Under the pieces are notes generated by a model. It ran no database searches, was not told the DNA's origin, and saw only the letters and a list, made by a program, of their open reading frames with translations. A DNA stretch of 35,710 bases from a virus (Duplodnaviria > Caudoviricetes): the IMG/VR virus record IMGVR_UViG_3300005263_000010, positions 1 to 35,710 of that record; one strand, written 5' to 3'. The translations under genes were made by a program, and so were the position numbers. Below are positions 25,164 to 32,881 of the stretch, piece by piece; the stretch's first letter is position 1, and the number at the start of each line of letters is the position of its first letter.

Positions 25164-27436
25164 GGGGTCTCCATGGGTGAGCCCGGCGCAGGGGCCGCCG
25201 GTAGGCCTTGAGGCATGGTTCCGGGCATCTGGCCCGGCTCGGGGGTACCCGGCGCGATTCCGCCGCCGGTGGCGGGTGCCATCCCGGGAGCCATGGGCAT
25301 ACCGCCAGCCAGCGTGGGCTCAGCGGTCATGCCCTGGTCATCGAGGGGCGAAGGGGTGAGCGCAGGGGCGGAAAGCCGCTGCAGCTGCAGTTGGATCTGG
25401 TCGAGCTCAGCCTGGAGGGCCGCGGCGCTGTCCTTCTGGTCCAGCGTGGCCCAGGTCTTCAGCAAATCGGCCTGGGTCTTCATGGCCGCGATGCGCTCGT
25501 TGGAGGCGATCTCCATGGCCTTGGAATCCATCTTGTCGTGGGCTTCGTTCAGGGCGGCCGTGAGCTGCTCAATGACCTGGCCCTGCTGCTGGATCTGGCC
25601 CGTGAGCTGCTGCAGCTTGGCCTGCAGCTCGGGGGGGACCTGGCCCTGGCCCTTGTCATCGGCGAGAGCCTGGGGCGGGAGGAACTTCTTGAGCCGGTCA
25701 GCGATCTCCTGGGCGCCCGGCCAGTCCATGTTCTTCACCATCAGGTCGCCGGCCTTCTGGGTGAGGGTCGGGTCGGCCTGGGCCAGCTGCATCATCGAGG
25801 CGGCGGCCTCCTGGCGCTTCGTGGCGAAGCTGGGCCCGGAGGTGACCCGCACGTCGTACTTGCCGACGCCCAGGTTGTAGAACAGGTCCTCGCCCGTCTC
25901 CGGGTCCTTGTAGCGCTCATTGAGGCGGATGGTCTTCTCGGTGCCATCCTCGCCGATGATCCGGGCCACGCGCGGGGCGTCGTAGATCTTGGGGATGAGG
26001 TCCACCAGGATCCGGCCCAGGTGGCGCAGGGCCCGGGTGAGGTTGTCCACCAGGTGGAAGTTCGCCGTGCCGGCCTGGTTCTGCCGGGCCCGGATGGCGA
26101 TGCCCGAGGTCTCGTTGGACCGATTCCCCAGGGCCGAGTCGTAGATGCCCACCAGGGCCTTCATGTCGTCCTGGGCCATCAGGCGGGCGTTGGTCACCGC
26201 CTGCACATTGGCCTCGCCGAACACCCGCTGCGGGGCCTGCACCGGCTGACCATTCAGGCTGATGGGCTTGTAGGTCAGGTAGGCGAAGGTCTTGGTGTTG
26301 GACTGGGACCATTCCTTGGCGTACTTCCCTTCGAGCTGGCCCTCGGCCACGATCCAGGGCGCCTTGGGCACCAGGCCGATGCTCTCGGCCTCGGTGGACA
26401 CCATCACGTTCAGGATCTTCTGCTGGTCCTTGGCGTGCCGGATGACGCCTTCCAGGATCACCTGGCCGTCCACCTCCAGCTCGTCGCCCAGCACCGGGAC
26501 GATGGGGATCCACCGGCCTGGCCAGACGGTGTCCTCGAGGATCTCGGTACCGCTGATCTTGCACCACCGAACCGCGGGGATCTCGGTGTCGCGCTGCTTG
26601 AGGACCACGGGCGGGACCATCGTGGGGTCCAACTCCAGGGCCTTCTTCAGCTCATCCTCGAGCAGCACCGTGCCGTCGGCCAGCATCACCAGCGTGGCCT
26701 TGGTGGTGGTCACGCAGAAGTACTCCGCGACCCGCACGCCCTCGCCGCCCATCCAGGAGGGTGCCACCTGGCGCGCCAACTCCCAGGCCGCCTTGCCCCC
26801 CTTGCACACCTCGGCGTCGGGGCAGCGGGCCTCGAACTCTTCCTCGCTGAAGTCGTCCACGATGAACGCCCAGCGCATGTCGGAGCGGTCGGGCTCCTTG
26901 GCGTCGGGATCGATGTAGACGCTGAACTGGTTGCGGATCCGCTTGATCTTGATGTCCAGGTCGAAGGACCGGGGATCGGAGTACTCGGTGATCACCCGGA
27001 AGTAGCCCAGGCCCGTGTTGGCCGCGCCATCGAAGGCGGTGTCGTAGGCCGCGTCCGCGTTGGAGTCGTATTCGATGTGCCGGATCAGCCCCTGGTAGGC
27101 CTCGGCAGTCTTCACGTCGGCCCGATCGTCCACGGGGGATACCTGGATGGCCGGCCGGTTCTGGCGCTGGTCGTTGGTGACCTGGCGCACGAACTGGGGA
27201 AGGCGGTTCACCGTCAGGCAGGGACGCTTGTCCTCCAGGCGCCGGGTCTTGATGTCCTTGTCCCACTGGTCGCCAGCGCGCATGCGGAGGTCGTCCGCCC
27301 CGCGCTCCCGGATCAGCTTCTCAGCCTCCTCGGCAAGCTCGAAGCGCTCGCGGGCCTCCTCGAGGAACTCGGCGTCCTGCTCCGCCTTGGTCTTCGCCTT
27401 GGGCTCCTCGGCCTCTGCGTTGGCGTAGGCGTTCAC
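25160..27436 (-). CDS. Portal protein (P22-like)
   Basis: GDQW...RPCLTVNRLPQFVRQVTNDQRQNRP...SNETSGIAIRARQ...GKYDVRVTSGPSFATKRQE. Confidence 0.96.
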   Translation of the reverse strand: MNAYANAEAEEPKAKTKAEQDAEFLEEARERFELAEEAEKLIRERGADDLRMRAGDQWDKDIKTRRLEDKRPCLTVNRLPQFVRQVTNDQRQNRPAIQVSPVDDRADVKTAEAYQGLIRHIEYDSNADAAYDTAFDGAANTGLGYFRVITEYSDPRSFDLDIKIKRIRNQFSVYIDPDAKEPDRSDMRWAFIVDDFSEEEFEARCPDAEVCKGGKAAWELARQVAPSWMGGEGVRVAEYFCVTTTKATLVMLADGTVLLEDELKKALELDPTMVPPVVLKQRDTEIPAVRWCKISGTEILEDTVWPGRWIPIVPVLGDELEVDGQVILEGVIRHAKDQQKILNVMVSTEAESIGLVPKAPWIVAEGQLEGKYAKEWSQSNTKTFAYLTYKPISLNGQPVQAPQRVFGEANVQAVTNARLMAQDDMKALVGIYDSALGNRSNETSGIAIRARQNQAGTANFHLVDNLTRALRHLGRILVDLIPKIYDAPRVARIIGEDGTEKTIRLNERYKDPETGEDLFYNLGVGKYDVRVTSGPSFATKRQEAAASMMQLAQADPTLTQKAGDLMVKNMDWPGAQEIADRLKKFLPPQALADDKGQGQVPPELQAKLQQLTGQIQQQGQVIEQLTAALNEAHDKMDSKAMEIASNERIAAMKTQADLLKTWATLDQKDSAAALQAELDQIQLQLQRLSAPALTPSPLDDQGMTAEPTLAGGMPMAPGMAPATGGGIAPGTPEPGQMPGTMPQGLPAAPAPGSPMETP

Positions 27437-27783
27437 TTCGCCTCCCTGGCCCGCATGGCATCAATCAGATCCTTGATGGACTTGGCGCCGCTGCCCGTGA
27501 GGGTGATGGCCGGGTCGGTCTTCTCGTAGGGGCAGTCGTCGTGCGGGCACCCGTCCGTGGCGCGGCGCATGCGGAGGGTCTCCATGTCGCTGCGGTATTG
27601 GGTCTGCGTGACGAACTTCTCGGACAGGCCCATGATGCTGTCCCGCAGGCTCTCCACGGACTCCTGGAGCTTGTCGATGTGGTCAAACCACTTCTTCCCG
27701 GCGAAGCCGATCACGGCCAGCAGGACCAACAGCATGGCCCCGAAAAACGAGATGATGATGCCCGTCTGAACCGCGTCACTCAT
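27433..27783 (-). CDS. Single-TM coiled-coil protein (holin/antiholin-like)
   Basis: N-terminal hydrophobic helix then a coiled coil; within the lysis cluster. Confidence 0.6.
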   Translation of the reverse strand: MSDAVQTGIIISFFGAMLLVLLAVIGFAGKKWFDHIDKLQESVESLRDSIMGLSEKFVTQTQYRSDMETLRMRRATDGCPHDDCPYEKTDPAITLTGSGAKSIKDLIDAMRAREAK

Positions 27784-28373
27784 CGCTGCCCCCTGGCCAC
27801 ATAGCCGAGGGCAACCCCGGCGGCGAACCCTTCAATGCGGCCGCGCCACCTGCTGGTGGTCACGGCTTTCTTCCATGCCTCCGTGGCCGCCTGCTGGGCG
27901 GCTGTAGCCTTCCGTTCAGCCTCGAATGCGGCCTTGAACTCAGCAGACCGCTTGCGCTCATCCATCAGCGCCACCTGGAGGCCCTGGATCTGAGCATCCT
28001 GCTTGGCGATCAGAACAGCGTCGGCGGCCAGCAGTTCGTCTCGATGATCAGCGGGAACGGCCGCAGGATCGGGGACAGCGGCACCGGCATGATCAGAAAC
28101 TCTCGCCCGTCGCTCGGCTTCCACGAGCCGACGAAGGCGCGCATTCTCGGCCCGCTCCCCAGCCACGACCGCCTGGGCCTGCGCCAGCTCCGCCGAATGA
28201 TCCGGGATTGCCTGGGCCTGTTGAACGTGGGCATTCGCCTCCCCTTGGTGGATGGCTGATTGGGTCTCTGCCTGGGTGGCGTCATGCTTTCGGCACGAAT
28301 CCACGCCCACCAGAGCCGCGAGGATCGCCAGCACGGCCCCGAGGCCCATGAGGAGATACCTGCGGGGGATCAT
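27780..28373 (-). CDS. Spanin-like protein (N-terminal TM, coiled coil, hydrophobic Gly-rich C-terminus)
   Basis: LLMGLGAVLAILAALVGV; long helix; C-terminal GFAAGVALGYVA; follows endolysin and holin. Confidence 0.6.
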   Translation of the reverse strand: MIPRRYLLMGLGAVLAILAALVGVDSCRKHDATQAETQSAIHQGEANAHVQQAQAIPDHSAELAQAQAVVAGERAENARLRRLVEAERRARVSDHAGAAVPDPAAVPADHRDELLAADAVLIAKQDAQIQGLQVALMDERKRSAEFKAAFEAERKATAAQQAATEAWKKAVTTSRWRGRIEGFAAGVALGYVARGQR

Positions 28374-28663
28374 AGAGCGCCCCCGTCCGTTCGTGTTCCA
28401 CCAGTGGTTGAGGGAGTTCCGACACGTCCCACAGAGGTAGACCCGTCACCGGGGGCGGAAGGGGCCGCAGCCCCGACCTTGAGCGAGGCCACGATCTCGG
28501 TCAGCTTCGATGCGCTGTAGTTCCCTACAGCCACGGACAGCCAGACCTTCACGGCCTCGATGTTCATCCCGCTGAACTGCCCCGCCACGGCCACCACAAG
28601 GGCGACCAGGGCGCAGAAGCGGCCCCAGGACACCTGGCCACGGAAGTCACGGAGCAGGCTCAT
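28370..28663 (-). CDS. Holin
   Basis: SWGRFCALVALVVAVAG plus a second hydrophobic helix; directly after the endolysin. Confidence 0.7.
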   Translation of the reverse strand: MSLLRDFRGQVSWGRFCALVALVVAVAGQFSGMNIEAVKVWLSVAVGNYSASKLTEIVASLKVGAAAPSAPGDGSTSVGRVGTPSTTGGTRTDGGAL

Positions 28664-29097
28664 CCCGCCACCTGCGGGGCATCCTGAACCGTCAGCCAGA
28701 CCTTCTCGCCCTTATCCAGGGCCTCCTGGACCATGGCGAACAGCTGGGGCAGCATCACGGACCCGCCGTGGATCCGGTTCGGGTCATCCACCACGGAGCC
28801 GACCAGGATGCAGCCCAGCGTGTCGTCGGCATCGTTGCCGCTGTGGATCCGGATGCCCGTGAAGTAGGGGACACCCTCCACGGCCAGCATCTTCTTCTGG
28901 AACTTCACCGAGAAGTTGATCAGGACGGGATAGCGCCCCGCCGGGATCGCCGTCTTTCCGTAGACCTTGCCCTCACCATGCTCCCCGAGATCCCTGACCG
29001 GATCTTCCAAGGTGTGGCAGAAGGGCCGGCCATCAACGTCCAGATGCCCCAGCGTGGCCAGGGCATTGGATGGTTGACGGGTGAGGGACAGTTCCAA
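28660..29097 (-). CDS. DUF5675-family putative endolysin (L,D-transpeptidase-like His/Cys motif)
   Basis: FCHTLED...KVYGKTAIPAGRY...VPYFTGIRIHSGN...DTLGCILVG. Confidence 0.85.
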   Translation of the reverse strand: MELSLTRQPSNALATLGHLDVDGRPFCHTLEDPVRDLGEHGEGKVYGKTAIPAGRYPVLINFSVKFQKKMLAVEGVPYFTGIRIHSGNDADDTLGCILVGSVVDDPNRIHGGSVMLPQLFAMVQEALDKGEKVWLTVQDAPQVAG

Positions 29098-29208
29098 TCA
29101 GGCACCAAGGGCAGGGGAGCGCTTGGTTGAGGTGAGTGCGCCTGTGGCTCGCGCCTCTGCTGGTGGTTGAGTCCCCCCTGCACCCTCAGGCTCGGGGATA
29201 CGTGACAA

Positions 29209-29228
29209 GGGGGCCATCATCGGCCCCC
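29209..29228 (-). promoter_or_regulatory. GC hairpin GGGGGCC-GATGAT-GGCCCCC at the head of the late operon
   Basis: 7-bp perfect stem. Confidence 0.55.
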
Positions 29229-29263
29229 GGATTACTCGGAATACACGGATTACACGGAATTAT
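29228..29263. repeat. Four tandem 9-bp direct repeats (CGGATTACT CGGAATACA CGGATTACA CGGAATTAT), putative regulator binding array
   Basis: Seen directly; intergenic, upstream of the lysis/structural operon. Confidence 0.85.
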
Positions 29264-29362
29264 TTATGCGCTGAAAACAAGTTTCATGAGCCTGTAGAGG
29301 CAGTAGAACACGGCGGCGAGACAGCCAAACACCACGAGAACAAGACCTGTTGCTGGTGTCAT
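29264..29362 (-). CDS. 32-aa single-TM peptide (MTPATGLVLVVFGCLAAVFYCLYRLMKLVFSA), not in the ORF track
   Basis: GGAGG SD; ATGA overlap. Confidence 0.6.
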   Translation of the reverse strand: MTPATGLVLVVFGCLAAVFYCLYRLMKLVFSA

Positions 29363-29475
29363 CGCAAGTCCTCCAACATCCTGCGGAGCCGTTCCATCGC
29401 CCGATCTAATGCGACCTGACCAGCCCACAGGGTCATCTGGTAGTCGTAATCCGGCTCGAATGGCTCAATCGTCAT
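29359..29475 (-). CDS. 38-aa hypothetical peptide (MTIEPFEPDYDYQMTLWAGQ...), not in the ORF track
   Basis: Fills the gap between neighbours with overlaps. Confidence 0.5.
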   Translation of the reverse strand: MTIEPFEPDYDYQMTLWAGQVALDRAMERLRRMLEDLR

Positions 29476-29647
29476 CTTCGATCTCCACCGCGGCGAAGCT
29501 CAACCCAGGCAACGGTGGCAAAACCCATGGTGTCCCATCCACATGAATCTCGGAATAGCTGATTTTCTCGATGTGGTTGGCGTCAATCTCCACTCGATTG
29601 CACCTGATCTCATCGGTCACCAATTCAACCACCCACGTTTTCGTCAT
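29465..29647 (-). CDS. Small acidic hypothetical protein
   Basis: GGGGTGAGG SD; AT-richer codon usage. Confidence 0.65.
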   Translation of the reverse strand: MTKTWVVELVTDEIRCNRVEIDANHIEKISYSEIHVDGTPWVLPPLPGLSFAAVEIEDDD

Positions 29648-29650
29648 CCC

Positions 29651-29842
29651 TCACCCCGCTTCCGGCATTCTATCCGCCTGCCCCACCAGCTGCTCCACCG
29701 CAGAGGCCAGCCAGCGCGTGTGGCCGTTCCCGATGCGCCGCGACGGGATGATGCCCTTGAACTTGGTGCGGAACCAGTCAGGGTCATAGCCCAGCTTCTT
29801 CGCGGCCTTGCCGGTGCTGATCCAGTCCTGGTCGTTGCTCAT
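29651..29842 (-). CDS. BldC/Xis-like (MerR-type winged HTH) DNA-binding protein, candidate late regulator
   Basis: WISTGKAAKKLGYDPDWFRTKFKGIIPSRRIGNGHTRWLASAVEQL. Confidence 0.8.
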   Translation of the reverse strand: MSNDQDWISTGKAAKKLGYDPDWFRTKFKGIIPSRRIGNGHTRWLASAVEQLVGQADRMPEAG

Positions 29843-29985
29843 GAGCACCCCGCATTCCCGTAGAAGATCCTCAAGACTTCAGCGTCGATTTCCGCTGCTG
29901 CTCGTTTGGCCCATGAGGCGAGGGCGGCCTCAAGGAACCGTTGGTTGTGGGCCAGCAGTTCGGTCGCCGTGAGCCCGTTCGTCAT
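29839..29985 (-). CDS. 48-aa hypothetical protein (MTNGLTATELLAHNQRFLE...), not in the ORF track
   Basis: ATGA overlaps with terL and the HTH gene. Confidence 0.55.
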   Translation of the reverse strand: MTNGLTATELLAHNQRFLEAALASWAKRAAAEIDAEVLRIFYGNAGCS

Positions 29986-31379
29986 CCCATCCATGAGTTC
30001 TCCCCGGCCAGGCTGCTGACCTCTTCGTCGTCCTCGGGTGATGGAGCCGCGCCCACGTTGGCGATGGCGTAGGCCAGGGCATGCACGAAGGCGTCCACCT
30101 GGTCGTCATGCGGGGCGCTGGGGAAGCTGGCCAGCTCGTCCGTGAAGTCCGACACCCAGAAGGCATCCTTCGGCAGGTAGACCAGGCCGGCCGCATGCGT
30201 GGCGGTGACGGCATGGGCCCGGCTCACCTTGTCGCGGTCCACCTTGATCGCCTGCAGCGGGATTCGGGTGTTGCGCTGCAGCTCCTGGATCAGCGACTGG
30301 CCCGAGGCCGCGTTCTCCACCAGCACCGCATGGGAGCCCCACTTCTGGTGCTGGGCCACCACGGCCTGGCGCAGCTCGGGGAACTCGACGCGGCCGCGCC
30401 ACACGTCCAGCAGGTAGTAGCGGTTCATCGACACCCCGAGCGTCACGCCCACGGAGTAGTCGTTCCCCTGCCCCGCCTTGAACGCCGTGTCCCAGGCCTG
30501 GACGACCCGGTAGACCCCCAGCGCTTGGCAGAGCGCCCTGGGCTCGTCCTGGGTGGGCTCGTGGTAGCGCCAGTGCTCCCGCTTGAAGATGGCGCCTTCC
30601 ATGGCCGCGGGGCGCTGCTGGTAGAGCGAGGACCAGTCCCGCGGGCCCGCCGTCTTCCGGATGGTCTCCAGCACGTCCAGCGGGTAGGAATCCGGCCAGA
30701 GGGCGGAACCCTCCTCGCGCCCCAGGGGATCCTCCACCTCAGCCACCGCGGGCAGGTTCAACACCTCCCAGCCCTCGTGCTTGTGCTCGGCCAGCAGCCA
30801 GCCAGCCAGGTCGTCCTCGTGCCACCGGGTCTGGATCACGACCACCGCGCCGCCGGGCATCAGGCGGGTGTAGGCCGTCGAAGTGTACCAGTCCTTGAGC
30901 AGCTTCCGGCGTGTCTCGGACTCGGCCTCCTCCCGGTTCTTGATCGGGTCATCGATCAGCAGCAGGTGGGCACCGCGGCCCGTAGCCGCCCCGCCGACGC
31001 CCACGCCCTGGTAGACGCCCCGCTGCGGCGTGTGGAACCTGCAGGCGGCCTGGGAGTCCTCGGAAAGCGTGAAGCCCGGGAACAGCCGGGCATGCTGCGG
31101 GGTGCGGCACAGGTTGCGGACCTTGCGCCCGAAGTCGTTGGCAAGCTCCTGGGCGTAGGTGGCCGCGATGACCTGGTGATCCGGATGAACGCCGAGATAC
31201 CAGGCCGGGAAGAACTCGGAGGCCAGCATGCTCTTTCCGTGGCGGGGCGGCATGAAGATCATGAGCCGCTTCGTCTGGCCCTCGGCCACCCGGTGCAGCG
31301 CCTGGGCGATCAGGCGGTGGTGCGGTGCCGGGGCATACCCCTCCCACTGGCCAATGGCATAGGCGAGCAGCGGAATCAC
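29982..31379 (-). CDS. terL: Terminase large subunit
   Basis: Walker A MPPRHGKS, Walker B LLLIDDP, QTRWHEDDL, nuclease WDTA...DYSV...HDDQVDA. Confidence 0.97.
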   Translation of the reverse strand: MIPLLAYAIGQWEGYAPAPHHRLIAQALHRVAEGQTKRLMIFMPPRHGKSMLASEFFPAWYLGVHPDHQVIAATYAQELANDFGRKVRNLCRTPQHARLFPGFTLSEDSQAACRFHTPQRGVYQGVGVGGAATGRGAHLLLIDDPIKNREEAESETRRKLLKDWYTSTAYTRLMPGGAVVVIQTRWHEDDLAGWLLAEHKHEGWEVLNLPAVAEVEDPLGREEGSALWPDSYPLDVLETIRKTAGPRDWSSLYQQRPAAMEGAIFKREHWRYHEPTQDEPRALCQALGVYRVVQAWDTAFKAGQGNDYSVGVTLGVSMNRYYLLDVWRGRVEFPELRQAVVAQHQKWGSHAVLVENAASGQSLIQELQRNTRIPLQAIKVDRDKVSRAHAVTATHAAGLVYLPKDAFWVSDFTDELASFPSAPHDDQVDAFVHALAYAIANVGAAPSPEDDEEVSSLAGENSWMG

Positions 31380-31933
31380 TTGCCCTCCTTCCGCGCGGCC
31401 CGGATCTCGTCAGCCATGCGCAGGATCTGCTCCGGCCCGAACAGGTCAGCCCCGTCCTTGCCCGTGAGCTCGACCTTGTCCCGGAACATGCCCAGGTGAC
31501 GGCCAGCCAGGGTCAGCGTGCCCTCCTTGCTCACGAGCTTGATCTTCCGCAGCCGGCCAACCCAGACGCGGTCCTTGCCGCTGCCCTCGAAGATCTCCTC
31601 GACCTCCAGGCCGGCGATGGCGCGCCGGGCCGCCTCGGGCATCTGGCTCAGCGGCAGGAGCGTCCCGTCCTCGGCGAACAGCGTCAAAGGATCCAGGAAG
31701 GCTGCCGTCTTGAGTTCCCGCAGCACCTGCTCGGCCGTCAGCTCGACTTTTTCAGCCCTTGCGTCCATGGCCCCCTTGATGGCGGCCTGAATCTCAGGTT
31801 TCCTCAAGAGTTCGTAAGCAAAGGCATCAGGTCGCTTCGACTTGTAACCAGCTTTTCGGACGGCATCAGCCCCGTTGAGGCTGTCGAGGTAGTAGCCGAC
31901 GAAGAGTTTCTCTTTGGGGGTGAGTTTCCTCAT
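31376..31933 (-). CDS. terS: Terminase small subunit
   Basis: LTPKEKLFVGYYLDSLNGADAVRKAGY...LLRKPEI; immediately upstream of terL. Confidence 0.95.
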   Translation of the reverse strand: MRKLTPKEKLFVGYYLDSLNGADAVRKAGYKSKRPDAFAYELLRKPEIQAAIKGAMDARAEKVELTAEQVLRELKTAAFLDPLTLFAEDGTLLPLSQMPEAARRAIAGLEVEEIFEGSGKDRVWVGRLRKIKLVSKEGTLTLAGRHLGMFRDKVELTGKDGADLFGPEQILRMADEIRAARKEGK

Positions 31934-32247
31934 CGGTTCTCCCGGAAAAAGGCCTGCACCCACCGGAGGGCCTTGCCCTGCCGGATCTGATCAGGCGTGA
32001 ACTGCATGACCCGCCAGCCGCCGATGGTGGCGAGGTTCAGCTTCTCGGTGTCCTTGGCGATGCCAGAGCCCCGCCCGTGCTTCCCGCCGTTCCAGGAGCC
32101 CCCCTGGACCTCGACGAGGAGCTTGTTGTCCGGCCAGGCGAAGTCCCAGCGGAACTTCCGGCCCGGGATCGCGCAGAACTCGCGCTTGAAGGCCGTGAAG
32201 CCCGCGAGGGCCAGTTGGGCGTGCAGGGTGTCCTCCAAATGGCTCAC
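31930..32247 (-). CDS. DUF559/Vsr-like PD-(D/E)XK endonuclease (resolvase position)
   Basis: REF...RKFRWDFAWPDNKLLVEVQGG.W.GGKH...DTEKLNLATIGGWRVMQFT. Confidence 0.88.
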   Translation of the reverse strand: MSHLEDTLHAQLALAGFTAFKREFCAIPGRKFRWDFAWPDNKLLVEVQGGSWNGGKHGRGSGIAKDTEKLNLATIGGWRVMQFTPDQIRQGKALRWVQAFFRENR

Positions 32248-32513
32248 AGGGCCTCCTGCGGACGAGGGCCGTGGGTTCTGACCGTGTCTCCAAGGGCCAG
32301 GGCGTGGGCCCGGGCTTCCGTGCAGCCGGACTCGTGGATGATTCCGGTGCGCTCGGCCAGGAGGTAGTCCCAGTCCTGCTGACTTAAGCATTGAGGTTCC
32401 GCCCCTGGTACAGGTTCTTTAGGGGTACTTACAAACGCAGAAGCAGAGGCAGGAGCGGCTACGCGTTGCACATGGCTGTAACGCGTTACATCGGCAGGTA
32501 ACGCGTTACTCAT
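32244..32513 (-). CDS. Small protein overlapping the putative origin (resembles the linker/C-part of an initiator)
   Basis: ATGA/GTGA coupling; SNAL..VTRY..ASASA linker; ERTGII.E.G.TEA.A...A motif. Confidence 0.6.
   Translation of the reverse strand: MSNALPADVTRYSHVQRVAAPASASAFVSTPKEPVPGAEPQCLSQQDWDYLLAERTGIIHESGCTEARAHALALGDTVRTHGPRPQEAL
32458..32509. repeat. Putative replication origin iterons: GTAACGCGTTAC palindromes at 20-bp period
   Basis: Perfect copies 32478-32489 and 32498-32509; degenerate copy GCTACGCGTTGC 32458-32469; half-site at 32537; adjacent AT-richer tract. Confidence 0.7.
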
Positions 32514-32881
32514 GCCGCACCCCGTTTCGAGTCGCGGTAACGCTTCTGGGAGACGGCCCTACTCCCGTCCTTGGCCTGCCCGCGGGCACGGTAGGTCGCG
32601 TAGTTGAGGATCATCCAGCCGCCCTGGACCTCTTCGATGCGACGTCCTTCGAAGTCGGGGGTGCGGCTGTCGGGATCGGGGGAGCTCAGACGTTCGACGG
32701 CCTGGCGCATTTCGGGGATGGAGACGTTGGCGATGCGGGCGAAGCCGGGGATGGACCCCGCCACGTAGCCGTTGGCGTCGGTAGCGGCAAGCATCGAGAT
32801 CCAGACGATGCGGGTGGCATAGTCCTCCCCCCACACAGTGCTGCCGAGCAGGTCGGAGAACAGTTTCGAATAGCCGGCCAT
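32510..32881 (-). CDS. Replication-initiator-like winged-helix protein (N-terminal domain only)
   Basis: YSKLFSDLLGSTVW.E...RIVWISMLA...SPDPDSRT...GRRI....GGWMILNY..YR; followed by iterons. Confidence 0.75.
   Translation of the reverse strand: MAGYSKLFSDLLGSTVWGEDYATRIVWISMLAATDANGYVAGSIPGFARIANVSIPEMRQAVERLSSPDPDSRTPDFEGRRIEEVQGGWMILNYATYRARGQAKDGSRAVSQKRYRDSKRGAA

Noticed and set aside
13481-27529. Long plus-strand ORFs (13481..16033, 17207..18463, 20279..21685, 23071..24555, 25208..27529)
   Set aside because: Antisense shadows of high-GC structural genes; no motifs or SD
28010-28285. Embedded o-spanin (Rz1-like) ORF
   Set aside because: No hydrophobic signal peptide or lipobox Cys near its N-terminus
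29228-29263. CRISPR or mini-array
   Set aside because: Units are 9 bp and contiguous with no spacers; no cas genes
31750-31933. pac site within terS
   Set aside because: The region is somewhat AT-richer but has no identifiable motif; needs read-terminus data
32510-32530. Programmed -1 frameshift fusing the two initiator halves
   Set aside because: No X XXY YYZ slippery heptamer; an SD-like GGGGTG plus ATGA overlap favours reinitiation
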